From the NCBI GenBank assembly GCA_964016885.1, contig OZ024740.1, positions 226,672,001 to 226,736,000 on the forward strand: 64,000 nt of DNA. Direction: 5' to 3'. Each line of letters begins with the position of its first letter. The stretch's first letter is position 1. The notes beneath the pieces were generated by a model, which saw only the letters and a list, made by a program, of their open reading frames with translations, had not been told where the DNA came from and searched no databases. A program made the position numbers and the translations under genes. This document shows, piece by piece, positions 26,887 to 40,629 of the stretch. This stretch comes from Eledone cirrhosa. Taxonomy: Eukaryota.

Positions 26887-27849
26887 AAATCTGAGAAATT
26901 AGAGAGCATGGAAGATATAGGGCCATGGTGAGAAAGAGATGGAAATAGATAGAAAAAGAAAAAGAGAGAGAGAGATGAATCTTACTGAATGAGCATGAGA
27001 GAGAAAGGGAGAGAAAGAGAGAGAGAGGGAGAGAGAGAGAGAAGAATAGATAGACTAGGGGAGAAAGTCAAGGAAAGAGATAGGAATAGATAGACTAAGA
27101 GAGAAAGTCAAGGCGAGAGAGAGAGAGGAATAGATAGGATAAGAGGGAAAGTCAAGGAGAGAGAGAGAGAGAGGAATAGATAGACTAGGATTGAAAGTCA
27201 AGGAGTGAGAGAGATGGATAGATAGACTAAGAAAGAGAGTCAAGGAGAGAGAAAGGGAAAGTGCCGGACAGAGAGAGACAGAATCAGATAGAAGGAGAGA
27301 GAAAGAAACAAAGATATGTTCATTTCCTTATTTTTCTTTAGTAAATAGCTATCTTGTCTTTTACAGTTGATAGCTTTGAATAGCTTTTGAATAGCTTAGT
27401 TCCAGAGGCTTCTAGTAGGATCTTGCGATAGATGAGAGCGAAAATAATAAGGTGAAAGATAGAGAAGGAGGAAACGTTTAAGAAACAGAGAGAGAAGAGA
27501 CTGAGAATGAGACAAACAGAGAGAGAAAGAGAGCGTTTTCCTGCACCAATGAGTATGTAGAGTCTACACTTTAATGATGTGTGTATAATTGAGTTTGAAA
27601 GTGTTTCTGTGTGTTTCTGCGCAGTTGGCTGTGAAGAATACAATAAAAACCAATTAGAAGAAATTTAACCAATAGAAAGAATGCTAAAAGGAAACTCTGT
27701 TTGAATACTGACTAAAAAGCACCGTTTCTTAACTTTGATGAATGCTGGTAAATAAAGAGTATACATAAAGAAGCCTGTAACATGTTACCCCATCCAATTA
27801 CTAACATAAAGAAACTGCTAATAACTCCTTCAGCCCTTCCCAGTGTGTG

Positions 27850-28386
27850 TAATATGTATGTATGGCATGTATATATGTTTGTATGTATGTATGTATGTAT
27901 GGCATGTATGTATGTTTGTATGTATGTATGTATGTATGGCATGTATGTATGTTTGTTTGTATGTATGTATGTATGGCATGTATGTATGTTTGTTTGTTTG
28001 TATGTATGTATGGCATGTATGTATGTTTGTTTGTATGTATGTATGTATGGCATGTATGTATGTTTGTTTGTTTGTATGTATGTATGGCATGTATGTATGT
28101 TTGTTTGTTTGTATGTATGTATGGCATGTATGTATGTTTGTTTGTTTGTATGTATGTATGACATGTATGTATGTTTGTTTGTTTGTATGTATGGCATGTA
28201 TGTATGTTTGTTTGTTTGTATGTATGTATGGCATGTATGTATGTTTGTTTGTTTGTATGTATGTATGGCATGTATGTATGTTTGTTTGTTTGTATGTATG
28301 TATGGCATGTATGTATGTTTGTTTGTATGTATGTATGTATGTATGGCATGTATGTATGTTTGTTTGTTTGTATGTATGTATGGCAT
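27850..28386. repeat. ~28-bp minisatellite built on (TATG)/(TTTG)
   Basis: ATGGCATGTATGTATGTTTGTTTGTTTGTATGTATGT repeated. Confidence 0.95.
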
Positions 28387-28545
28387 TTGTGCAATTATGT
28401 GTATGTTGATAGATTTTTGTTTATTGTTTTATGTCTATTTTCCATGGTTACACAAACACACACACACATATTTCACAATGGGACAACTTGTCTAACCCAT
28501 GTTATTCCAGATAGATATTATGGCATGTATGCAAGTACATTCTAT

Positions 28546-28992
28546 TTAACCCTTTAGTTACCAGCTTGGCCAAAACCTCCTCTATATTCTATGAAATATA
28601 ATCCCCCATTTTAAAGGATTCCAATTTAATTTAACCCATTAGCATTTACATTAATCTATATATACTATTGTATTTTCATGGTAAAGGCTTTATCTCACAT
28701 AACATCTCACATAATATCGAATCTATGAGATTTTGATATTATTTATTTTGAGAACAATCCCTTAACATCAGTATGAGTGGCCAGTTACAGCCAGTTTGAA
28801 CAGAAAGAGGTGAGAGAATTCTGGCTGGATATGGCCGGTTTAAATGCTTACATAATTTTATATAAGATACTTATATTAATTTACTATGTTAGTAATGAAA
28901 TAATTCTTAATTTTAGTAAATCACTTGAAATTCTTCATTAAATAATTGAAATAGAGTATACTTCATAAGAAATATGGCCGTGAAAGGGTTAA
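28546..28992. mobile_element. piggyBac-type MITE with a nested second MITE (28631-28850)
   Basis: Outer ends TTAA-CCCTTT ... AAAGGG-TTAA. The inner element is homologous to 47404-47632 and 59144-59359. Confidence 0.7.
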
Positions 28993-29521
28993 ATAATTTT
29001 GTGAATTTGTCTGAATATTTTTGTGTTTAAATATTTTTGTATGTTTGTGTGTTTAACAGAAAGTACCAAGTTTGTTGAATATATAACAGATAAAATATAT
29101 AGCAAACACATTACAATTCAGCCACCTTAATTGACGTTCATTCATATATATGCTTCATTCACTTGTTTGTGTTATCAAATCATTGATTGGTCTGTTATTT
29201 GGTTGGTTTCAGTTGTTTATTAGGAGATTTTTCTTTAATATGTATATTATTTATATGTCTTTGTGTATTGTACAATGTACCAGTGTGTCTGTTGTGTTTA
29301 CCATTATCAAGTTAAATGAACTGAGCTGAAGAATTTTACAATGACATATCCTGTTTAACACCTACAGATGGTTTTGATTTTTAAACTTAAAAATAACCAA
29401 TCAGGTGGTTTCTCAAAATGTGTGTTTGTATTTGTATATATCTATATATGTATGTATGTATACACACACACAGATATATATATATCATCATCGTTTAACA
29501 TTTATCTTCCACACTGGCATG

Positions 29522-29679
<158 letters not shown>

Positions 29680-29736
29680 GTTGATAAATGAAATAAAACA
29701 AATGCAGGGATGCAAAAATACACACCTATATTAGGT

Positions 29737-29789
<53 letters not shown>

Positions 29790-30381
29790 TGTGTGTGTGT
29801 GTGTCTGTGTGTGTGTGTACATGTACATATGTGTGCGTGCATGTGTAAAGAAAGAAACAGTCAGACAGTGTGTGAGACATTGGTAGCTGGGTAGATATGT
29901 AGATGGATGATCACAATAACCAGGTGGTTGTTTGGAAAAATCTATATGAATTTTTGGTATGTTTTCTTTTGGTACATGCCAATGCTAATGTTGTGAAGAA
30001 CATCAAAGGAAGCAGGAAACTATTTCAAAATAACTTCATTTTTTTAAACTACAAATTGAAAGCCATCATGTTAAAGAATTGATTAGCATTACTTTTGTAT
30101 TAATGTTTCTACATGCTAGTTCCCTCCATCAAACAAAGTAGCTCTCTTCTTTGAAAAACCATGTAGTATATTTTTGGTATTTATTTTAATTTTATTTTAT
30201 GCATTTATTTATTTGTCAGTGGTTGATAAACATTTCCAAGGATTCATTACAATTCATTTAGTGTTGTTTAGATAGTAAATTTTTGGCTCCTGGGTCACCT
30301 TCTTAATTTCCTTTTTACCTTTTATTTCTAAGACTTGTTTACATTTATTTTGTATATATATCCAGTCAATGGATATCTCTA

Positions 30382-30442
<61 letters not shown>

Positions 30443-30619
30443 GTATATATGTATGTATGTATGTATGTGTATATATGTATGTATGTATGTGTATATATGT
30501 ATGTATGTATGTGTATATATGTATGTATGTGTATATATGTATGTATTTATGTGTATATATATATATATATATATATAAATGTATGTATGTATGTGTATAT
30601 GTATGTATGTATGTATGTG

Positions 30620-30656
<37 letters not shown>

Positions 30657-30760
30657 ATATGTATATATATATACACATATATATAAGTATGTGTATGTAT
30701 ATATATATGATGTATAAATATGTGTTTATGTATATATGTATATATATATATGTATATATG

Positions 30761-30791
<31 letters not shown>

Positions 30792-31236
30792 GTATATATG
30801 TATGTGTATATATGTATATGTATATATGTATATATATATATATATGTGTATATATATATGTATAAGTATATATGTATATATGTATACGTATATATATATG
30901 TTTGCGTATGTGTATATATATATATATATATATATCTGTATATATATATAAATGAATTTGGATTTCTACACTTTTATGTCACTCTTATAAACTTGTTTTG
31001 CTCAAAGAAGTCTAGTTTATTCCTTGTCCATTGTTTACTGGAACTATGTGTATTTCTCCAGGGTTCTGTGTATGTGTATCAGTGTTTTTAGATATAAAAA
31101 AAGATACCAACACCTATATGTTGGGATGCATTAACAAATATGATAAGCTGAATACAACTAATAATGGGTTTCCAGAAAAAAATACATACATAATCATGCA
31201 TGTTACATATGTGGGTATGAATGTACACACACTCAA

Positions 31237-31272
<36 letters not shown>

Positions 31273-31356
31273 CGTTTCTGAATTTGTTTAGCAAGATTCT
31301 TTATCTGAAATCTGGTGCGTGTGTTTCTTATTGGCAACATGACCCTCCCAAAGTAT

Positions 31357-31388
<32 letters not shown>

Positions 31389-31450
31389 CATCATCATCAT
31401 CATTTTACATCCGCTTTTCCCTGCTTGGGAATATATATATATATACACAT

Positions 31451-31795
31451 GGAGGCACATGGCTTAGTGGTTAGAGCATTGGCCTTGCAATCGAAAGGTT
31501 GTGAGTTCAATTCTCAGACTGGGTGATGTGTTGTTTCCTTGAGCAAGACACTTTATTTCACATTGCTCCAGTTTACTCAGCTGTAGAAATGAGATGATAG
31601 GGACTAGGGTCCATATCATTCCACTGCAAAGTGGTCGTGCAGGTGCCACGGCAAAAAAGCACCCAGCACTCACTGTAAATGCGGTTGGTGTTAGGAAGGG
31701 CATCCAGCTGTAGAAATCAAGCCAGAATCAGTTCCCGTCCCACCCTTGCAAGCAGGGAAAAGCGGACGTAAAATGAAATGATGATGATAATGATG
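31451..31795 (+). mobile_element. Family A SINE, full length
   Basis: Near-identical to 3995-4339; (ATG)n tail; (AT)n flanks. Confidence 0.9.
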
Positions 31796-32017
31796 ATATA
31801 TATATATATATGGGGGCACATGGTCTAGTAGTAAGGGTGTTGGACTTATGATCATAATGTTGTGGGTTTTGATTCCTGGGTTGCACGTTATGTTCTTGAG
31901 CAAAACATTTCATTTTGCGTTGCACATCTCATCTCATTTGTTTCTTCATTATGTTTAACTGACAATCCTTCCCCCAAATTTCTGACTTTGTGCCTATCTA
32001 GAAACTTGGCTTAGCAC

Positions 32018-32565
32018 TGATGGATTGTCAGAATTGTTACAGTGTTGAACAAAATGCCTTAGTGTATTTGATCTGACCCTTTACATTCTGATTTCAAATC
32101 CTGCTGTGGTTAGCTTTGCATTTCATCCTTATGGGACTCGATAAAATAAAGTAGCAGTAACACACTGGGGTCGATTTAATTGACTTTCTCCTCCCCCAAA
32201 ATTGTTGGCCTTGTGCCTAAATCATAAACCATTATTATCATTATTAGGGTGGGGGATTAGCAGAACTGGTAGAGCGTCAGAGCAAATGATTCATGGCATA
32301 AAATTACGCCCTTTACATTGAGAGTTTAGATCCCGCCGAAGTTAGCTTTGCCTTTCATCCTTACAGAATCGATAAAATAAAGCACCAGTAATACACTGGG
32401 GTCAAATTAATTGACTTTCCAAAAATGCTGGCCTTGTGCCTACAATAGAAATCATCATTATTATTATTATTTGCCTTTCATTCTTACGGGGTCGATAAAA
32501 TAAAGTACCAGTAATGCACTGGGTAATTGCTGGCCTTGTGCCTAAAGTAGAAACAATTATTATTA
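32018..32565 (+). mobile_element. Cluster of three family B SINEs in (ATT)n
   Basis: Head-to-tail copies separated by ATT runs; the last is 5'-truncated. Confidence 0.8.
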
Positions 32566-32900
32566 AAATTATTATTATTATGGCTTCTCATTTTTTAATG
32601 TATATATTTATGTTTTAACATGTTAGCTTTATCTTCCATTGTAAATTTTAAGTTATTCTCAAATATTTCTTTCTTTTCTCCAACGAGTATAACGCTATTT
32701 CTGAAATTAAAAATGCACTCAGTAGATCCCAGAAGAATAAATTCAATTATGGTCATGGTGCTTCTGCTAGGTTGGGAAAACATTCTTATTTGCAAGAAAT
32801 ACAAATCCTCTAAACTTTTGTTAATAACATGGATATACGTTCATACACACATCCACATACACACACACATATTCATACATACATAAATGTATCTATGTAT

Positions 32901-32952
<52 letters not shown>

Positions 32953-32973
32953 GTATATATGTATATATATATG

Positions 32974-33022
<49 letters not shown>

Positions 33023-33148
33023 TATATATATATATATAAAATACATACATATATATATATATATAAATACATAAACACACACATATATATATATAAATAC
33101 ATACACACACACATATATATATATAAATACATACATGCATAGATATAA

Positions 33149-33196
<48 letters not shown>

Positions 33197-33325
33197 GTAA
33201 GAATCTGCAGTGCATTGGTGATATATGTATGTATGTATGTGTTTATATTATATATGTATACATGCATGTATCCATGCGTTTTTGTGTGTCAAGTATATGT
33301 GTCTATATCTATCCATCTATTTATA

Positions 33326-33356
<31 letters not shown>

Positions 33357-33765
33357 CATAAAATATACAGATGTATATTTATATATATATATATATACAT
33401 CTGTAAACATATATACTTGTTCATGTGCAAAACATACATGCTCACTTATGTTAATATTTTGTAGTATATATAGCTGAGTCACCAGAGATTCAGATAAAAT
33501 GCATCACAATATTAGCTCTGTGCTCTGTGCTCAAAACCCTTGTAGTCTAATTTGTCTTTTATCCTTTGAGAGACAATAGACAAAGTAACAAATAACACTG
33601 ATGGAGCCCTCTCTCATTCTAGATATCACATCCTTGATGTTTTAGTGGATCAAGAGTGAAATTTCAGAGGTTGTCTGTATCTGATCACATAGAGAGGGGC
33701 ATAGTGTGGATGGTGCATGATACCAAGGCATACACCATTACAAATTATGGCTGTAATATGTATAA

Positions 33766-34097
33766 GGCATATGGCTTAGTGGTTAGAGCATCGGCCTTGC
33801 AATCGAAAGATTGTGAGTTCAATTCTCAGACCGAGTGATGTGTTGTTTCCTTGAGCAAGACACTTTATTTCACATTGCTCCAGTTTACTCAGCTGTAGAA
33901 ATGAGATGATAGGGCCTGGGGTCCCTATCATTCCATTGCAAAGTGGAGCTGCCACAGCAAAAAAGCGCCCAGCACTCACTGTAAATGAGGTTGGTGTTAG
34001 GAAGGGCATCCAGCTGTAGAAATCAAGCCAGAATCAGTTCCCGTCCCACCCTTGCAAGCAGGGAAAAGCGGACGTAAAATGATGATAAAATGATAAA

Positions 34098-34100
<3 letters not shown>
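33766..34100 (+). mobile_element. Family A SINE
   Basis: Near-identical to 3995-4339. Confidence 0.9.
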
Positions 34101-34132
<32 letters not shown>

Positions 34133-34346
34133 GGCCTTTCTTGAGCAGATTTTTTCAAATATTTCACTATGTTTTAAATTGCCTTGTCTGACGAATGAAT
34201 GCGAACGTTTCTTGTATTCGTCTTATTTGGGAAAACTTTGGTAATGAGGTAATTATATTGTATTGTTTATTATACATTAAATATATATATATATATATAT
34301 GCATATTCGTTCAATTGTTTTTCCTTTTCCATACCACCTCATTTAA

Positions 34347-34389
34347 ACCGAGCTGATGATCCAAATAACGTGAAACAATTGTTCTTGGT
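34347..34389 (+). ncRNA. Minimal type-I hammerhead ribozyme (stem II decayed)
   Basis: ACCGAG-CTGATGA-tccaaataacgt-GAAA-CAATTG-TT-CTTGGT. Core is intact, stem I is 6 bp, stem III is palindromic (ACAATTGT). The insert is bounded by (AT)n. Confidence 0.65.
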
Positions 34390-35283
34390 AATGGTGAACT
34401 AACTGTTGTGGAACTACTACTATATATATATATATATTATATATATATATGCTTATATAATATACATAAACACACACAAATATATTGCATTCATTCCCTT
34501 CTATTTTCTCTACATCGACATTATTATTATAGCTCTAATTAATTTCAAAGGAAAATACCTTGTGTTTAGATGAATTGAGATATGTATTCAGAATTGTATG
34601 TGTAACTATTATCCTCTCACAGAAACATGCACACATCCACAGACACATTTACACACACATGCACATACACAGGCACACTAACACACACAGACACACACAT
34701 ACACAGACAGACACACTCACAAACATATACATACATATATAGGTATAAACCCATGCCTGTTTTAATCAACTCACTTCCCAGAATATCACTTAATTTTTCT
34801 TCATATCACATACCTGTTTAATCATCTCAATATTTTTTATATTAAATGTTTCACTTCATTACAGTTGAAAATAAACAAAAATCCACATAAATGAATATAA
34901 AATAAAACAAAAAGCAATTAGGTTTGAGACAATAATTTTTGATTATCACCTATATTGTTCGGCTTATTCTCATATGATACTTGCTTGTGACAAAATAGGA
35001 AACTGAACAAAAATTTGTTAAATTAACTTTTCCTCTAAGTAATTTCCCTTGAGTAAGAGCCATTGCTTAGCCTTTCACTCAAAGATTTTTTCTAACAAAG
35101 CCGAGAAGAGTCATACATTAGTTGGAATATCTCTCTGTGTGTTTGTCTTGTATGAGAAGACTGTATACTGTGTGACAGCTTATGACAAATGAATAGGACA
35201 CATGAGTAGGTAAGGATCTTCAAACAAAAAAGAAAGAAATAAACAAAAGAAAATATGAAAATGGCAAATATATAATAATATTG

Positions 35284-35322
<39 letters not shown>

Positions 35323-35327
<5 letters not shown>

Positions 35328-35949
35328 CTAAGACATTCTGGAGAGGAATGTGGGAGCAGGGTGTTGAACATAATGATCAGGCTGTGTGGATTGAGACAGT
35401 ACTAAAGGAGATTAGTGAACAGGCACACCAACAAACTGATTTGAGTATCACAGTTGAAACTCTTAAGGGGCAGGCCAGAAAACTAACCAACTGGAAATCA
35501 CCAGGCCCAGATGGTGTGCAGGGGTATTGGATTAAAAATATAACATCCCTCCACCCAAAACTGACAACCATGTTCAATGACTGCTTGATGTCAGGTGAGG
35601 TACTAGAGTGGTTGACAAAAGGTAACACAGTTCTGGTAATGAAAGACCGAACCAAGGGTAATGATGTTACCAACTATAGACCTATCATATGTCTGTCTGT
35701 AATGTGGAAACTGTTAACAAGCATTGTGTCTGAGGAAATCTACCATCACCTCCACATAAACAACTTGTCACCGGACAAACAGAAAGGATGCCGAAAGAAG
35801 TCCCGTGGTACAAAGGACCAGTTACTTATTGATAAGATGGTAATGAGGATTGCAGGAGGAGACACACTGGTCTTGCCATGAGATGGATAGACTACAAAAA
35901 GGCATTTGACATGGTACCTCATTCTTGGATAACCAAAAGCCTAGAGATC
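35323..35949 (+). mobile_element. R4/Dong-like LINE internal fragment (RT N-terminal part)
   Basis: NWKSPGPDGVQGYWIK...NYRPI.CL..MWKLLTSI...QKGC..GTKDQLLIDK; nearly identical to 50243-50671(-). Starts directly after (TAA)n; frameshifted. Confidence 0.9.
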
Positions 35950-36044
35950 TTCCACTTGGGGAATGTGTCTTCTACTATAGCTTTGGGTTGACCAATGCCT
36001 TGGCAGAGAATTTGAGAAGCAGAAATTATGAGGAAACCTATCAT

Positions 36045-36308
36045 CGAAACAAATGAGGTCGTGTAGGTGTCACGACAAAAAACCCCCACAGTCCACGCTG
36101 TAATGTGGCCGTGTAGGTAACACGGTAAAAACCTCCCAGGCCACACTGTAAACGTGGTTGGTGTTAGGAAGGGCATCCAGCTGTAGAAAACCCACCAGAC
36201 AGTCCTATACGAGCAAAACAACCAATCTTGCCTCAAGTGGGAAAATTCCTGTCCAAACCCATGCTAGCGTGGAAGATGGACGTTAAACGATGATGATGAT
36301 GATGATGA
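36045..36308 (+). mobile_element. Family C element, 5'-truncated
   Basis: Homologous to 1130-1517. Confidence 0.85.
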
Positions 36309-36585
36309 TATGTATAAGTCATTAGAAATATACTTCACTGCTTTACGATCGTTTCTAGGTGATGATAATACATCGTAACTATACTTCGATATCGATTTAT
36401 GTAAGGTTAGTTACAAAATATCAGATAAAGAGAATATTTACTTATATGCATATCACCAGCTGTTTTATTGTTTTCCGGGATTTATTTTAACCTACAACAT
36501 TTTCAACATATGGATTACATTGAGTTCTTCATGCCGACTAGACCCCACAACTTACCGTGGATATCTCTGTGTATATATATATATA

Positions 36586-36838
36586 GTGATGTGTTGTTTC
36601 CTTGAGCAAGAGACTTTATTTCACATTGTTCCAGTTTACTCAGCTGTAGAAATGAGATGATAGGGACCACTGCAAAGTGGTCGTGGAGGTGCCCCGGCAG
36701 AAAAGCACCCAGCACTCACTGTAAATGAGGTTGGTGTTAGGAAGAGCATCCAGCTGTAGAGATCAAGCCAGAATCAGTTCCCGTCCCACCCTTGCAAGCA
36801 GGGAAAAGCGGACGTAAAATGATGATGATGATGATGAT
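36586..36838 (+). mobile_element. Family A SINE, 5'-truncated with an internal deletion
   Basis: Matches family A from GTGATGTGTTGTTTCC to the (ATG)n tail; lies in (AT)n. Confidence 0.85.
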
Positions 36839-37932
36839 ATATATATATATGTGTGTGTATGTATGTATGTATGTATGTTGTGCATCTTGATATAAACACT
36901 GTTAAAAACAAACAGCAATGTGGTTTTATGTTTCGCATAAGCAATACATCCAGCAGTTAAACAAATTCAATGAAAGGGACCAGTATATATTATTCTTGTA
37001 AAAGTATGCGTTGGTTTCAGGAAGGGTATCCTCAAAAACGTTTCATTCAACCTACTTAAGCATGGGGACATGAATGTAAAACTCTTCATGGTGATGATAA
37101 CTATGATGATGGTGATGACAGAAGTGACTACAATGATATGTCAATAAAAGAGAAAATGCTACAGAAAGAAACATTGTTGGAAATAAGGATGAGCGAACAT
37201 CAAAATATTGATGTTGAGGATAAGGATGGTTGTGATAATGTCATGATAAAGACGATGGTGATGGTGGTGGTGGTGAAGAAGTGGAGGAGAAGATAGTAAT
37301 GTAAACAATAGTTATAGTAATGAGGCAGGAAACTTCTATATGTACTAATATCATGATGATGATGATAATAATTAACTAAAGAACAACAACAACATCAACA
37401 ATGATAAAGCAATTAAGATAAAAGAAGTTGAAGGGGGAAAACCTGGAGAACACAAATGTAGATGAAGGAGGGGTAGAAGGAGTAGGAGAAGGGTGAGGTA
37501 GGGGAGAATGAGAGAGCAGGAGGAGGGGAAAAAGATGAAGAGGTTCGTGATGATGTCGACGAAGGGGGGGGGGGTAGGAGGAAGGGGGGAGAGGGAGCAG
37601 GAGGAAAAGGAGAAGAAGAAGGCGGTGGGGTGATGTTGGTAATGATAGTGATGATGAAGGGGGGAAGCAAGAGAACTAACACTGGTGATTGCCTGACTAC
37701 ATACAGGATGTGTGCGGAAATAAGTAACAAGCGAAATTATCATCTGAGTATAAAATTCAGCTCTCCGGGAGCAGAAAAGGACTTCACACAGGATGTTGAT
37801 GGAGAAAATAAATAAAAACAAAAAAGAATAATGATGATGATGATGATAACAACAATATGAAGGGGGGGGGGGGAGAAAATAAGAGGATGGGAAGAAGATC
37901 CAGTAATCATTATGTTTACTGTGCAAACCATC

Positions 37933-37988
<56 letters not shown>

Positions 37989-39511
37989 TAAAAAATAATA
38001 ATATAAAATCTAGAATGAATTTCTTGTTCCTAATCACTTTCACATTCTATCATCTTGGTTTGCTTACTTTATTGTTGTTGTTTTTGTGGTGGTCCTTCAT
38101 TTTATCTTTTATGTATTTTGTTGTTTGGGGCTTATAAATCATCTTTCTTGTTAGTTTTGACAATGAAGCACCATTTTATTTTTTTTTTCATTTTACTCTT
38201 ATTTCATTTTATTTAAACTTTTTTTCATATTTCTTTCTTTATTGGTGGCGAATTGGTAGAGTTGTTATAGTGTCACTTTGATATTTGTTCCAACTCCCTG
38301 TACTGGGTTTCAAATCTCTTTGATTTCAACATTGCTTTTCATCCTTTCAGAGTCACTAAATAAATTGCCAGTCAAAGGGCTGGTGGATTGTCAGAATTAT
38401 TAAAGGGTCAGACAGGATGCTTTGTGGTATCTTGAACTGGCTGAGAGCATTCTGAGCTGAAATGCCACTGCCTTTTGCTAGGAAGTAATGCTACCAGATA
38501 GCCTTACCTTCAGCAATGGAAAGACCAATGAAAGCATTGTTTCTTTGGTTTAATCTGACAATCAAATCCTTTCATTGTTCTTTGTCCACTTCATCATCAA
38601 TATCTTTAAAAGAACTGAAAGACAAAAATAACCCAGTTGCTTTAGAAGTCAATGTTGAAAACAAAATAACAATAATAATATTCTGGAATATCCATATGTA
38701 TTGTGAGATCATGGCTCTGCATCTAGAAATTTCCTCTCCAACGTACAGGTCAAGACTACATTTTTCTTTTTCTTTTTGTAGAGTGGGGAGTGTTGGAAGA
38801 CCAACAGTTGCCCATGCATGCAAGTTTTTTTCCCCCAAGCCACCAAAGCCTGCCAAGAAAAAGACAAATATAAAGCTGATGTCACAGGCAAAATCAGAAT
38901 GTAAAAATCTAGAATAAATACTGTAAAGCATCCCAAATGAGGCTGTAGCAAATCTGCCAATCCTCACTCTGAATGATTACTATATTTATCAACCATGAAA
39001 GGATGAAAAGCATAATTGACCTCCATGAATTGTGAATGTGGATGATATAAATAGAAACAGTACCTATAAGAATAAGTGCCTTGGGGGTGATAAAAACAAA
39101 AACAAAATCAGTCATACATAACCAAAATCCCATAAAATTCAAACATATGCACACATATATTATGAAGATTATTTTCAATACAATCCACCAGCTTTCTAGC
39201 ATAGTTACGTCCCTTTATGGTCTGAGTTCAAATCCCGTCGAGGTTAACTTTACCTTTCATCCTTACGGGGTCGAAAAAAAAATATATATATATACTGGGT
39301 AATTTCTGGCCTTGTGCCTAAAGTAGAAACAATTATTTTCAATACAATAAAAACAATACTAAAAACAACACAACACATACACAAGGCACATAGAGCTTTA
39401 CTCAGTAATGCAGTGACAGCATACATTAAATTAAGACTAATGCTAATAATAGTAATAATAACAATCTTACAGTAAACCAATGCACATATATATATATATA
39501 TATATATATAT

Positions 39512-39624
39512 TCATTTTATTAAGGCTAATAAATAGCGAGTCTGGATTTTTGTCTGTTTATCACAGGGTCATCAGATAAGAAGTCGAGAGTAACAAGACT
39601 CACTATTTAACCTTAATAAAATGA
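39512..39624. repeat. Inverted repeat (~30-bp arms) next to (AT)n
   Basis: TCATTTTATTAAGG..TAAATAGCGAGTCT pairs with AGACTCACTATTTA.CCTTAATAAAATGA. Confidence 0.8.
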
Positions 39625-39882
39625 TTTAAAACTCTATTCTACTTCAGTATTGAGTACCCCTTTCTCTCAGCAATCAACCACATATGTATATATACATATA
39701 TATATATACATAATGTGGTTGGTGTTAGGAAGGGCATCCAGCTGTAAAACACCTGCCAGAGACACTTCCGTGCGAGCAAGGCATGGTCTCCCGACCATTC
39801 CCACATCAAATGGAACAAAACCGTCTAACCCATGCTAGCATGGAAGATGGACGTTAAACAATGATGATGATGATGATGATGA

Positions 39883-39946
<64 letters not shown>

Positions 39947-40080
39947 AAAAATTGAACGGGAACAAAACAGAGAGGCAGTACGAACAAAGGTTTATTAGTT
40001 TCACGCTCTTGAGAGTGGAGTGGTGGTGGATGATAAAGTTATACCTGTATAAATACTGTATAATGAGACTGTATCAATAT

Positions 40081-40314
40081 ATATAGAAATATTCGTTTTG
40101 TTTCATTAAAAAAGAAGTCCTTAAATACACTTCTGTGCATTTCCTCCTTTACATTTTACCTATATATCATCATCGTTTTTCATCGTTTAGCATGGAAGAT
40201 AGACATTAAACGATGATAAACGATGATGATATATAGGTTAATGTAAAGGAGGAAATGCACAGAAGTGTATTTAAGGACTTCATTTTTAATGAAACAAAAC
40301 AAATATTTCTATAT
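40081..40314. repeat. Long fold-back palindrome (~108-bp arms) centred on an RTE-type tail
   Basis: GAAGTCCTTAAATACACTTCTGTGCATTTCCTCCTTTACATT is mirrored exactly; the spacer is GCATGGAAGATAGACAT. Confidence 0.95.
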
Positions 40315-40501
40315 TTGGTACATGAAATAGATCTAGTGGTTATTAAATATTGTTACTGGTTTCAATTGATCAAGACAATTGGCACAAATAATAATTAATT
40401 TAGTTCTCATATTTTGCAAACTATTGAGTATATGTTTATTTTCCATCTGAAGTATCTCTTTATGTATATATTTGTTTATGGTACTTTACAACATGTTTTA
40501 A

Positions 40502-40548
<47 letters not shown>

Positions 40549-40629
40549 TACACATAAATATATATGTGTATGTATGTGGAAAAGTAAGAAATCGGAGAAT
40601 AGACCGTTAAAACATGTTTATTTAAAACA

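Noticed and set aside
36335-36430. Minus-strand GAAA-CGATCG-TA (palindromic stem III half)
   Set aside because: No matching CUGANGA box; at most a remnant.
38516-38967. Overlapping ~130-aa non-repetitive ORFs
   Set aside because: No recognisable domain or convincing splice signals.
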